DNA from: an uncultured Bacillales bacterium
GTDB lineage: Bacteria; Bacillota_I; Bacilli_A; RFN20; CAG-826
Reading direction: 5' to 3'
Assembly: GCA_946625055.1 (NCBI GenBank)
Contig: CAMOSS010000002.1
Span: 1-40,314 of the forward strand
Length of the DNA stretch: 40,314 nt
The notes beneath the pieces were generated by a model, which saw only the letters and a list, made by a program, of their open reading frames with translations, did no database searches and was not told the origin of the DNA. Positions 19,227 through 27,944 of the stretch are shown here, in pieces. The position numbers and the translations under genes were made by a program. The stretch's first letter is position 1; each line of letters opens with the position of its first letter.

Positions 19227-21206
19227 ATGAGTAATCAATTGTCTGAATTAAGTGTTAAAACCATCAGATCTTTATGTATTGATGTTATCAACAAAGCCAA
19301 GAGCGGACACCCTGGAATGGCTCTAGGAAGCGCCCCAATCTTGTACACATTATTCAATAAACATCTCATTGTAGATCCAAAAGACCCTGAATGGTTCAAT
19401 CGTGACCGTTTTGTCCTAAGTGCCGGTCATGCTTCATCCCTTTTATATGCTTTGCTTCACCTTTCTGGCTATGAAGTGAGCATGGATGATTTAAAAAACT
19501 TTAGACAAATTGATTCATTAACCCCTGGACACCCAGAACACGGCTGGACAAAAGGTGTTGATGCCACTAGTGGACCTTTAGGTCAAGGCATCGCCCAAGC
19601 CGTTGGCATGGCCATGGCTGAACAAATGGTACAAGCCATGTATCCAGAAGGAGAAAAGCTTTGTTCTCACTATACATATGCATTATGCGGTGACGGATGT
19701 TTGCAAGAAGGCATCTCTCAAGAAGCTATCTCCTTTGCGGGTCACCACAAGCTCAATAAATTAATTTTAATTTATGATGCGAATAATGTTACACTCGATG
19801 GTGGTCTTGACCTCTCATTCTCCGAAGTGGTCAAGAATAGATTCCTCGCTTCTGAATGGAATGTCTTAGAAGTGATGGACGGAAATGACTTAGTCTCTAT
19901 TGATAAGGCCATTGGAGAGGCTAAACAAAGCAAAGAAAAACCAACATTAATCATTGTTCACACAATTATCGGCTATGGTTCATCTAACCAAGGAACATCT
20001 AAAGTTCATGGTAGTCCTTTAGGATTAGAAGATGGCAAACACGCGAAAGTGGATGTCTATGGATTCGACCATGAAGACTTCTATGTTGGTGAAGAAGTTT
20101 ATAAAGATTTCGAAGACGGCATTCTTAGAAGAGGCCAAGAGGCTCACGAACAATATAAGAAAGTTGTCGAAGAATATAAGAAAGCACATCCAGAAGAATA
20201 CGCAAAGTTTGTTAAACTTTCAGGTGTTGATGTTAAAGCATTTGTTCCAGAAAGCATTCCTGAATTTGAAGAAGGACTTGTTGTTTCTACAAGATCGGCC
20301 TCTGGAAAAGCCTTAAACGAATACATGAAAGCAGTGCCAAACCTCTTTGGTGGTTCTGCTGACGTTGCTGGTTCCGTTATGACCAAACTTGAAGGCGGTA
20401 AAAATTATGAACCTTCATCTTTAGATGGTCACAACATCAACTGGGGTATCAGAGAATTCTTTATGGCCGCTGCTCAAAATGGTATGTTGCTCCATGGTGG
20501 AGTAAGAACATATGTTGGCTGTTTCTTAGTCTTCTCTGATTACATGAAAGCCGCCATCAGAATGGCCGCCTTATCTCATGTTCCAGCCATCTATTTATTC
20601 TCCCATGACTCAATCGCTGTTGGAGAAGATGGGCCAACACATCAACCAATTGAACAATTAGCAATGCTTAGAAGCATTCCAAACGTTACAGTGATCCGTC
20701 CATGTGACATTAGAGAAACATATGCCGCTTGGAGAAATGCTTTATTAAGTGAAAATAGACCAACTGCTATTATTCTCTCTCGTCAAAACCTTCCATTATT
20801 AACTGGTAGTAGTGCAGATGGAGTGAATAAAGGTGCTTATGTTGTTTCCAAAGAAACAAATAAAGCAGAATTGTTATTAATCGCTACCGGTAGTGAAGTC
20901 TCGCTCGCCTTAGATGCCAAAGCTCAACTTGAAGCTGAAGGGATTGATGTGAGAGTGGTTTCAATGCCAAGCATGGAATTATTCGAAATGCAAAGCGATG
21001 AATATAAAGAGTCAATCTTAAATGTTCCATATGAAAGAAGAATCTCTGTCGAAGTTCTTTCAACATTTGGTTGGGCAAAATACGCTAAGACAAATATGGG
21101 ATTAGACACATTTGGTGCTTCCGCCCCAATGAAAGATGTCTTTAAGAAGTTCGACTTCAATGCGGAAAGATTAGTTAGACTTGCAAAGCAAGTATTAAAT
21201 AAATAG
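19227..21206 (+). CDS. tkt: Transketolase
   Basis: GHPG, GDGCLQEG and HDSIAVGEDGPTHQP motifs. 659 aa. SD AAGGAGA is upstream. Confidence 0.96.
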   Translation: MSNQLSELSVKTIRSLCIDVINKAKSGHPGMALGSAPILYTLFNKHLIVDPKDPEWFNRDRFVLSAGHASSLLYALLHLSGYEVSMDDLKNFRQIDSLTPGHPEHGWTKGVDATSGPLGQGIAQAVGMAMAEQMVQAMYPEGEKLCSHYTYALCGDGCLQEGISQEAISFAGHHKLNKLILIYDANNVTLDGGLDLSFSEVVKNRFLASEWNVLEVMDGNDLVSIDKAIGEAKQSKEKPTLIIVHTIIGYGSSNQGTSKVHGSPLGLEDGKHAKVDVYGFDHEDFYVGEEVYKDFEDGILRRGQEAHEQYKKVVEEYKKAHPEEYAKFVKLSGVDVKAFVPESIPEFEEGLVVSTRSASGKALNEYMKAVPNLFGGSADVAGSVMTKLEGGKNYEPSSLDGHNINWGIREFFMAAAQNGMLLHGGVRTYVGCFLVFSDYMKAAIRMAALSHVPAIYLFSHDSIAVGEDGPTHQPIEQLAMLRSIPNVTVIRPCDIRETYAAWRNALLSENRPTAIILSRQNLPLLTGSSADGVNKGAYVVSKETNKAELLLIATGSEVSLALDAKAQLEAEGIDVRVVSMPSMELFEMQSDEYKESILNVPYERRISVEVLSTFGWAKYAKTNMGLDTFGASAPMKDVFKKFDFNAERLVRLAKQVLNK

Positions 21207-21218
21207 GAGGGTTTATCT

Positions 21219-21560
21219 ATGGCAAACTATGTTTACATCGATTCAACAATCAATCGTGGAAAAATGGCTATCAGCGCTAATGTCTTTGATCAATTAGTGT
21301 CCAACGCTCTTTCAAGAGTGAATAATATTTCCATGTCTCAAAAACAAATGAAGAAGAATCAAAGCATTCGTTTGAATAGACCAGTTCAAACAAAGATTTC
21401 ACGTGAAATCGTTCACGTCTGGGTTTCCATCGATATCAAAAAAGGAACTGATATCCACGAAGCTCAAAAAGCTGTTCAAGATGAAGTTATGAGAACATTA
21501 ATGGCCTCAGCCGAAACTATCCCATTTGATGTTCAAGTGAAGGTGGAATCAATTATTTAA
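21219..21560 (+). CDS. Asp23/Gls24-family (YqhY-like) protein
   Basis: Size, composition and position upstream of nusB match Bacillus yqhY-nusB. SD AGGAGGG is upstream. Confidence 0.6.
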   Translation: MANYVYIDSTINRGKMAISANVFDQLVSNALSRVNNISMSQKQMKKNQSIRLNRPVQTKISREIVHVWVSIDIKKGTDIHEAQKAVQDEVMRTLMASAETIPFDVQVKVESII

Positions 21561-21562
21561 CT

Positions 21563-22141
21563 ATGTTAAAAAGAAAGAAGAAGGAAAAGCCTGTTCTCAC
21601 TTACGAAGAGGAACACAACAAGCATTTCTGGCGTTATCAAAAATCTTCTAGAGTCTTGATATGGGCTGGAGCAATCAACTTTGTGTCCTTGGTAGTGAGC
21701 ATTATCCAAGCAATAGTCACCAAAGAGTCTTCTCTATTTTTCTACTTTTGCTTTGGAATTGATGATGTGATATTCCAGGCTCTTGCCTTAATTCCTTTCT
21801 TCCAAACCGATGTTGGATCATATTTCTATCTAGCCTCTATTGTTTTAGTGGCTATGATCACAACAGCAGGAGCAGTACTACTTTCAGTATTTGCTTCACA
21901 AGGTAAGAAAAAATGGCTATGGGCTGCAGTTATTGCCTATGCAATAGACGCTCTCTTAATCATTGCCTCTTACTTCTTAGGCGAAAATATCGCTTCTATC
22001 TGGATGATGTTTGCTCTCCATCTCATCGTCCTCGGATTCCTTGCTATTGCAGTGAGGGAATATTACAAGATTATTGAAATTGCAGTGAAACATGGAGTAA
22101 TTAAACAACGAAACGAAGGTGAACAAAATGGAATTAAGTAG
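21563..22141 (+). CDS. Integral membrane protein, unknown function
   Basis: Basic N-terminus followed by 4-5 hydrophobic helices. Tightly packed between the Asp23-like gene and nusB. Confidence 0.6.
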   Translation: MLKRKKKEKPVLTYEEEHNKHFWRYQKSSRVLIWAGAINFVSLVVSIIQAIVTKESSLFFYFCFGIDDVIFQALALIPFFQTDVGSYFYLASIVLVAMITTAGAVLLSVFASQGKKKWLWAAVIAYAIDALLIIASYFLGENIASIWMMFALHLIVLGFLAIAVREYYKIIEIAVKHGVIKQRNEGEQNGIK

Positions 22142-22535
22142 AAACCAACAAAACTATATTATTATGACCGTGGTCTATAACGAGATTAATGACTCGGTTT
22201 TTGGCGATAGTCAAAGAGATGCCACTGAGTTAATGGCAGAACTTTGTGAAGTTCCATTTGAAGAAGTTCCTGATTACATCAAAAACGTTGTTTATTATTC
22301 TTTGAATAAATATGACGAAATCGTCACCGCCTTCCTTCCACATCTTAAAAACTGGACCTGGAAGAGAATTCCTTCTATTACAAAGTCAATTTTAGTTATG
22401 AGCTATGCTCATTACACATATGTTGAGAAGATTGATAAGAAGATTATCATCTCGATCGCCATCGAACTCGCAAAGAAGTATATCGATGAAAAACAAGCAA
22501 AGTTCATCAATGCCATCTTAGATGAGGTTTTATAA
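22128..22535 (+). CDS. nusB: Transcription antitermination factor NusB
   Basis: NusB-like helices ending in KFINAILDEVL. Sits upstream of xseA, where Bacillus has nusB-folD-xseA. The ATG at 22128 follows SD GAAGGTGA. The track start at 22119 is a GTG inside that SD. Confidence 0.8.
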   Translation: MELSRNQQNYIIMTVVYNEINDSVFGDSQRDATELMAELCEVPFEEVPDYIKNVVYYSLNKYDEIVTAFLPHLKNWTWKRIPSITKSILVMSYAHYTYVEKIDKKIIISIAIELAKKYIDEKQAKFINAILDEVL

Positions 22536-22538
22536 TAA

Positions 22539-23678
22539 ATGATTTTTCAAGAAGAAATGATAGCGACTGTTTCACAAGTTAATGCCTATGTGAAAAGTCT
22601 AATCTCTCAAGATATGAACCTTCATTACATGCTAGTGAAAGGGGAAATATCTAATTTTAAAAATGGGGCGAATGGACATCTATATTTCTCTTTGAAAGAC
22701 CAGAAATCTATGATTTCGGTTGTCATGTTTAAAGAATATGCCTCCAAGCTTGAATTCATCCCAAAAGATGGAGATGAAGTTTTCATTTTGGCCTCTCTTG
22801 ATGTTTATGAAGCAAGAGGAACCTATCAGCTATATGCAAAACAGATGGAAATAAGAGGCAAAGGCAACATTCTTGTGGAATTAGAGGAGTTAAAGAAGAA
22901 ACTCGCTCTAGAGGGCCTTTTTGATAAGAATAAACGCAAAATTAACATCTATCCAAAGGCTATCGGTGTTATTACAGCTAGAAATAGTGCTGCCATCAAA
23001 GATATTCTCACTAATATCAAGAGAAGATATCCGATCGCTGACATCTATGTGTTTTATAGTTCTGTCCAAGGAGAAAACGCTCCAAAAGAACTAATCAAAG
23101 CTTTTAAAAAGTCTCAAGAATACGATTTAGATACTCTAATTATTGGACGTGGTGGCGGAGCTAGTGAAGATTTAAGCGCCTTTAATGATGAATCATTAGT
23201 GAGACTGGTTGCCACTTCAAAAATGCCAGTTATATCTGCAGTTGGACACGAAATAGATTACACGTTGCTTGACTATGTCAGTGATGTGAGAGTCTCAACT
23301 CCAACAGCCGCGGCTGAAAAGGCAACAGTGGACATTAGAGAGATTGAACAAAACATCGATCACAATATGATGGTGATGAAAGATGGCATCATGCATATCC
23401 TAGATAAAATGGAAAAAGCGGTCTCCGATTACGATGAAGATATAAAATATCTTATGGACAACAAGATTAACAATTATCAGTTAAGATTAGATGCGAAAGT
23501 TAAAGAATTAGAAGCCCTTAATCCAACCGCGATTATTGATAGAGGATATTCGATATCAATGAATAAGGACGGCAAAGTCATCAAATCAATAAATGACATT
23601 AAAGTGGATGATGAAATCGTTACCATCCTAAAGGATGGAAGTATAGAAAGCCAAGTTAAAAAGCTAAAGGAGAAATAA
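22539..23678 (+). CDS. xseA: Exodeoxyribonuclease VII large subunit
   Basis: OB-fold N-terminus (VSQVNAYVKSLI...GEISNF), the GRGGGS motif, and a coiled-coil C-terminus. Confidence 0.92.
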   Translation: MIFQEEMIATVSQVNAYVKSLISQDMNLHYMLVKGEISNFKNGANGHLYFSLKDQKSMISVVMFKEYASKLEFIPKDGDEVFILASLDVYEARGTYQLYAKQMEIRGKGNILVELEELKKKLALEGLFDKNKRKINIYPKAIGVITARNSAAIKDILTNIKRRYPIADIYVFYSSVQGENAPKELIKAFKKSQEYDLDTLIIGRGGGASEDLSAFNDESLVRLVATSKMPVISAVGHEIDYTLLDYVSDVRVSTPTAAAEKATVDIREIEQNIDHNMMVMKDGIMHILDKMEKAVSDYDEDIKYLMDNKINNYQLRLDAKVKELEALNPTAIIDRGYSISMNKDGKVIKSINDIKVDDEIVTILKDGSIESQVKKLKEK

Positions 23679-23680
23679 TT

Positions 23681-23866
23681 ATGGAAATCGATTTTGAAAA
23701 ATCATTGAAGAGATTAGACGAAATTACAAACAAGATCTCTAGTGGAGATATTTCTTTGGATGAATCCTTGGCTTTATATAAGGAAGCTAAAGAGATAATT
23801 GCTAAGTTGCAAGCTGCTTTAGAAGAAGCAAAAGATAAAGTAGAAAAAGTCGTTGAAATTGACTAA
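23681..23866 (+). CDS. xseB: Exodeoxyribonuclease VII small subunit
   Basis: 61 aa, with FEKSLKRLDEI...LDESLALYKEA typical of XseB. Confidence 0.92.
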   Translation: MEIDFEKSLKRLDEITNKISSGDISLDESLALYKEAKEIIAKLQAALEEAKDKVEKVVEID

Positions 23867-23883
23867 TTAGTAGTTATTTAGTT
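23867..23883 (+). repeat. TTAGTA-N5-TTAGTT phased direct repeat starting right after the xseB stop
   Basis: TTAGTA at 23867-23872 and TTAGTT at 23878-23883, period 11 bp. ACTAATTAGT (23862-23871) is a perfect 10-bp palindrome spanning the TAA stop. Confidence 0.7.
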
Positions 23884-23969
23884 ATTTTTCAGTCATTTTA
23901 TAACATTTTCAATTAAACAAATATAAATTTGTTTTAGGATATTTGGTTAACATAATCTATAATTTAAAT

Positions 23970-25154
23970 ATGAGCAAAGTAATCGTCCATATTGATTTAA
24001 ATATGTTCTTCGTTAGATGTGAGGAAATCAAGGATCCTAGTCTTGTCGGAAAGTGCGTCGCTATCGGGCATGAAGGAAGAAGCGGGATTGTTTCAACGTG
24101 TTCCTATGAAGCAAGGAAATATGGCGTTCATAGTGGAATGCCAATGTTCCAAGCCACAAAGGCATGTAAGAACCTTATCATCATTCCTGGCGATTATAAG
24201 TTTTATCGTGTGATGTCTCACTCATTCATCTCTTTTTTAAAGAGATATACCAAACTTATCGAGCAGGCATCCATCGATGAATGCTATTGTGACTTCACAG
24301 AGCAATTAAAAGGAAAGAAAGACATCATTCAATATTTCAAAGATTTACAAAACTCTTTATACAAAGAGACAGGTTTAATGTGTTCCATTGGAGTAGCCCC
24401 AACTAAGTTCTTGGCTAAAATGGGATCTGACTATAAAAAACCAATGGGTATAACAATCATAAGAAAAAGAGACATCCCTACCATATTATATCCTTTGGAT
24501 ATATCACAAATGTTTGGTGTTGGTAAGAAAAGCGTTCCTCGTTTGAAGAAATTAGGCATCAATACGATTGGTGATTTAAAAAAGAGGATGGATGAACATA
24601 ATAAAGATGTTTTTAACTCTTTCGGAAAGTTTTATTCAACACTAGAAGATTGGCTTAATGGAAAAGGTGATGACATGATTGATATGAATCCTTGGGATCC
24701 AAAATCAATTGGCAATTCAACAACTCTTCCTCATGACACAGACGATATAAATGAAATAAAAGAATATTTTTATTCTTTATGTATGGAAGTATCAAAAAGA
24801 GCCCAAGACGAAGATAAGATTGGTTCGACCATCCAAATAGTGGTTAAGGATGTTAACTTTGTTTCTAAGAACAAATCCATAACAATGGATGCCCCAACCA
24901 ATTCGTTTAAAACTATATACGCGAACGCGGTCAGGTTATATGAAGAGAACTTCTTAGGAACTCAAGTCCGTTTAGTGGGTGTCACTCTTCAAAATCTTGT
25001 CTCTAAAAGAGACATGACCATTCAAATGACTTTATTTAATTATGAAGAACACGAAAGTGAATCTCAAACGAAGCTTTTGATTAATGAACTTAATAGAAAA
25101 CTAAAGAAGCCATCTCTAAAGAGAGCCTCGGAATTGGAGGAAGATAAAAAATGA
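23970..25154 (+). CDS. dinB: Y-family DNA polymerase IV
   Basis: HIDLNMFF (compare DMNSFY in the Bacillus homolog) and the SIDECY catalytic pair, with a little-finger C-terminus. The track start at 23943 is a TTG. The first ATG at 23970 gives the family-typical N-terminus. Confidence 0.9.
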   Translation: MSKVIVHIDLNMFFVRCEEIKDPSLVGKCVAIGHEGRSGIVSTCSYEARKYGVHSGMPMFQATKACKNLIIIPGDYKFYRVMSHSFISFLKRYTKLIEQASIDECYCDFTEQLKGKKDIIQYFKDLQNSLYKETGLMCSIGVAPTKFLAKMGSDYKKPMGITIIRKRDIPTILYPLDISQMFGVGKKSVPRLKKLGINTIGDLKKRMDEHNKDVFNSFGKFYSTLEDWLNGKGDDMIDMNPWDPKSIGNSTTLPHDTDDINEIKEYFYSLCMEVSKRAQDEDKIGSTIQIVVKDVNFVSKNKSITMDAPTNSFKTIYANAVRLYEENFLGTQVRLVGVTLQNLVSKRDMTIQMTLFNYEEHESESQTKLLINELNRKLKKPSLKRASELEEDKK

Positions 25155-26029
25155 GAATCGATGATGCCCTAGATTTATATTCCCAATTCCTCATCGCAGA
25201 AAAAGGGCTTTCAATTCAAACTGCCAAATCGTACATCAACGATATTTTTCAATTCGCAACATTCTTGCAAAAAGACTTTGTTGAGCAATTAGAAACAGAT
25301 GATCTTCCAGCTTTCATCAAGTATAGACTCTCTATCGGTAAAACTGTTTCAACAGTGGCTAGAGAAATGTCTTCAATTAAGTCTTTCTTTATCTTTCTCA
25401 AGAAAGATGGATATTACGAAGGAGATATTCCTAAGGTTGAATCGATTAAAAAGCCTGAAACATTGCCGACATGTCTATCTGTTGAAGATGTGGAGTTACT
25501 ACTAGGCGCACCAAATATGGAAAAAGATAGTGGCATCAGGGATAAAGCAATGCTTGAACTCATGTATGCAACTGGTTTACGTGTTAGTGAACTCCTTTCT
25601 TTAGAAAAGAATAGAGTCAATCTTGAAAGAGGTATTGTCAGCGTTATCGGTAAAGGCTCAAAAGAAAGAAAAGTTCCAATGGGAGACTTTGCTGCTGACT
25701 ATGTCAGGAAGTATATTGATGAAGTTCGTTCTCATAATAGAGGGCGTGGTTCTAAATATTTGTTTCTAAATAAAGCAGGAAAGCCGTTATCAAGACAATA
25801 TTTCTTTAAACAAATTAAGAAATATGCCTTTGAGGTCGGTATCGAAGATAATATTTCACCTCACACATTAAGACACTGCTTCGCCACCCATCTATTAGAG
25901 AATGGAGCGGATTTAAGATCTGTCCAGGAAATGCTTGGACACACTAATATTGCAACAACACAAATCTACACGAACATTTCAACCAAAAGAATTGTCAGTG
26001 TATATGATTTGTATATGAATAAAAAATAA
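25151..26029 (+). CDS. xerD: Tyrosine recombinase XerD/XerC family
   Basis: SAM-like N-terminal domain. Catalytic motifs ATGLRVSEL, HTLRHCFATHLL, LGHTNIATTQIYT. ATGA overlap with dinB. Confidence 0.88.
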   Translation: MRIDDALDLYSQFLIAEKGLSIQTAKSYINDIFQFATFLQKDFVEQLETDDLPAFIKYRLSIGKTVSTVAREMSSIKSFFIFLKKDGYYEGDIPKVESIKKPETLPTCLSVEDVELLLGAPNMEKDSGIRDKAMLELMYATGLRVSELLSLEKNRVNLERGIVSVIGKGSKERKVPMGDFAADYVRKYIDEVRSHNRGRGSKYLFLNKAGKPLSRQYFFKQIKKYAFEVGIEDNISPHTLRHCFATHLLENGADLRSVQEMLGHTNIATTQIYTNISTKRIVSVYDLYMNKK

Positions 26030-26064
26030 TCTAAAATTATTTTGTAATTAGGAGGGTATAGTAA

Positions 26065-27285
26065 ATGGCATATACATATAAAAGAATCTTTGTTATTGTT
26101 GCCGATAGTGTTGGCATCGGCTATATGAAGGACGCTGATAAGTTCTTTAATGCTGGTCACAACGATATTGGAACAAATACATTTGTTCATACCGCTGAAT
26201 TCTGTGGTGGATTAAATATCCCAGTGATGAATTCAATCGGTGTCGGAGATTTAGATGAAATCAAAGGAACATGCAAAGTTTCTCATCCTCATTCCTATGT
26301 TGCTAAATCAAAAGAAAAATCAAATGGTAAAGACACAATGACTGGACACTGGGAAATGATGGGCGTTTACACAACCAAACCATTCCAAACATTTACTGAA
26401 ACCGGATTCCCAAAAGAATTAATGGATGAATTAGAAAGAAGAACCGGTCATAAGCTTATCGGTAATTACGCTGCCAGTGGAACTGAAATTCTAAAAGAAT
26501 TAGGTCCTGAACAAATGAGAGATAACTCTTTAATTGTTTATACATCCGCAGACTCTGTTCTTCAAATTGCTGCTCACGAAGAAGTGACAGGTGTTAAAGA
26601 ACTATATAGATGCTGTGACATTGCTCGTGAAATCTGTATGAAACCAGAATGGAAAGTGGGAAGAGTTATTGCCCGTCCATATATTGGCACAGATCCATCT
26701 AATTTCAAGAGAACACCAAATAGACACGACATCGCTTTATCTCCAGAAGAAGATACAGTGATGAACATTTTAGCTAAAAAAGGCTTTATGGTGTCTTGTA
26801 TCGGCAAAATTGGAGACATTTTTAACGGCTCAGGAGTGGTAAAAACTCAAAAGACAGTCTCTAATGAAGATGGAATGGATAAAACCATTGAAGAGGCTAA
26901 AAACCATGATTTCACCGGAATCTGTTTCGTCAACTTGGTTGAGTTTGATTCAGAATACGGTCATAGAAGAAATCCAAGAGGCTATGGAGATTGCTTAGAA
27001 GCCTTTGACAAGCGACTTGGAGAATTAATTGATAATCTTAGAGATGATGACTTAGTCATCGTTACTGCTGATCACGGAAACGATCCAACATGGTACGGAA
27101 GCGACCACACAAGAGAAAAGATTCCATTACTCATGTATTCACCATCCATCAAGAATGGTAGACATCTTGAAGAAAGAGAAACATTTGGAGATATCGGTGC
27201 AACAATCTTAAAGAACTTCCACCTTGAAAAACCAGATAATCTCTTAGGTTCACCAATTGAAGAGCTTTTAGCAGACAATAGATAA
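26065..27285 (+). CDS. deoB: Phosphopentomutase
   Basis: IVADSVGIG N-terminus, the TADHGNDPT metal site, 406 aa. SD AGGAGGG is upstream. Confidence 0.93.
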   Translation: MAYTYKRIFVIVADSVGIGYMKDADKFFNAGHNDIGTNTFVHTAEFCGGLNIPVMNSIGVGDLDEIKGTCKVSHPHSYVAKSKEKSNGKDTMTGHWEMMGVYTTKPFQTFTETGFPKELMDELERRTGHKLIGNYAASGTEILKELGPEQMRDNSLIVYTSADSVLQIAAHEEVTGVKELYRCCDIAREICMKPEWKVGRVIARPYIGTDPSNFKRTPNRHDIALSPEEDTVMNILAKKGFMVSCIGKIGDIFNGSGVVKTQKTVSNEDGMDKTIEEAKNHDFTGICFVNLVEFDSEYGHRRNPRGYGDCLEAFDKRLGELIDNLRDDDLVIVTADHGNDPTWYGSDHTREKIPLLMYSPSIKNGRHLEERETFGDIGATILKNFHLEKPDNLLGSPIEELLADNR

Positions 27286-27306
27286 TTATAAAAAAATATA
27301 AAAATT

Positions 27307-27329
27307 AAGACACCTTTGGTGTCTTTTTT
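27307..27329 (+). terminator. Rho-independent terminator after deoB
   Basis: aagacacc ttt ggtgtctt followed by TTTTG. Confidence 0.85.
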
Positions 27330-27439
27330 GTTATGCCTACATTTTTATAAAAATTTTTTAAGAGAAAATGCATTTTTTTACGAAATGTATATATAGGGGG
27401 TTTATTTAAAAGAATCTCAAATAGTGGAGGTAACTCATA

Positions 27440-27828
27440 TTGAAAAGAAAACAATTCAGAAGACATTTTAGGATTTATTTCGTCAATAATCATCCAGCCT
27501 ATATCGTCGATGAGGAAGGCAATAAATACGTGTTTCATCGTGTGACTCATTCAAAAACAACTGGAGGAAGAAAAAAATTATAAAAGACAACCCTCTTAAA
27601 ACTGGAGGAAAAGGAAAAACATTTATTGTTAGAAGAGAAGAAAAAGACAAAAAAGGAAGATTCAGCCTTTTTGAAATCGAAACAAAGCCTGGAGTTGATA
27701 TTTCATATCCAGAAATAAAAAAAGCTAGAAGGGTACAGACTAGACATGAATCAAATCATGGTCGTACAACAATAACATCTAGCAAAAACATTGAATCAAA
27801 TAACTATAGAAAAAACAAGGAAAAATAA
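27440..27828 (+). pseudogene. Small very basic protein gene split by a -1 frameshift at an A7 tract (pseudogene, phase-variable gene or recoded gene)
   Basis: SD GGAGG (27426-27430) precedes a TTG at 27440. Frame 0 stops at TAA 27581-27583 after 47 codons. The -1 frame is open from 27526 to TAA 27826-27828 but has no start codon. The two frames join across A7 (27571-27577). The 11-mer AACTGGAGGAA occurs in both halves, 41 nt apart, and encodes T-G-G in the respective frames. Confidence 0.6.
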
Positions 27829-27944
27829 AAAGCTGGCGGATCACAGAATAGCAACCATTACGGTGCAAACGTGAATAATGTAACAACCAGCAAAATTATT
27901 AAATCAAAAACGGAGCACAGATTCAATAAAAAATGGAGACTAGT

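Noticed and set aside
23884-23969. A LexA (Cheo) box GAAC-N4-GTTC upstream of dinB.
   Set aside because: No GAAC-N4-GTTC match is present. Only the AT-rich AAACAAAT-N4-ATTTGTTT palindrome is there, and it is reported separately.
27305-27550. An 81-aa minus-strand ORF at the left edge of the island.
   Set aside because: It starts antisense to the SD-led basic-protein gene and ends inside the deoB terminator hairpin. It has no SD and no recognisable motif.
27584-27932. ToxI-like tandem RNA repeats (type III antitoxin) upstream of the MazF-like gene.
   Set aside because: I saw no tandem repeats of about 30-40 nt. There are only two dispersed short direct repeats, an 11-mer 41 nt apart and a 13-mer 74 nt apart.
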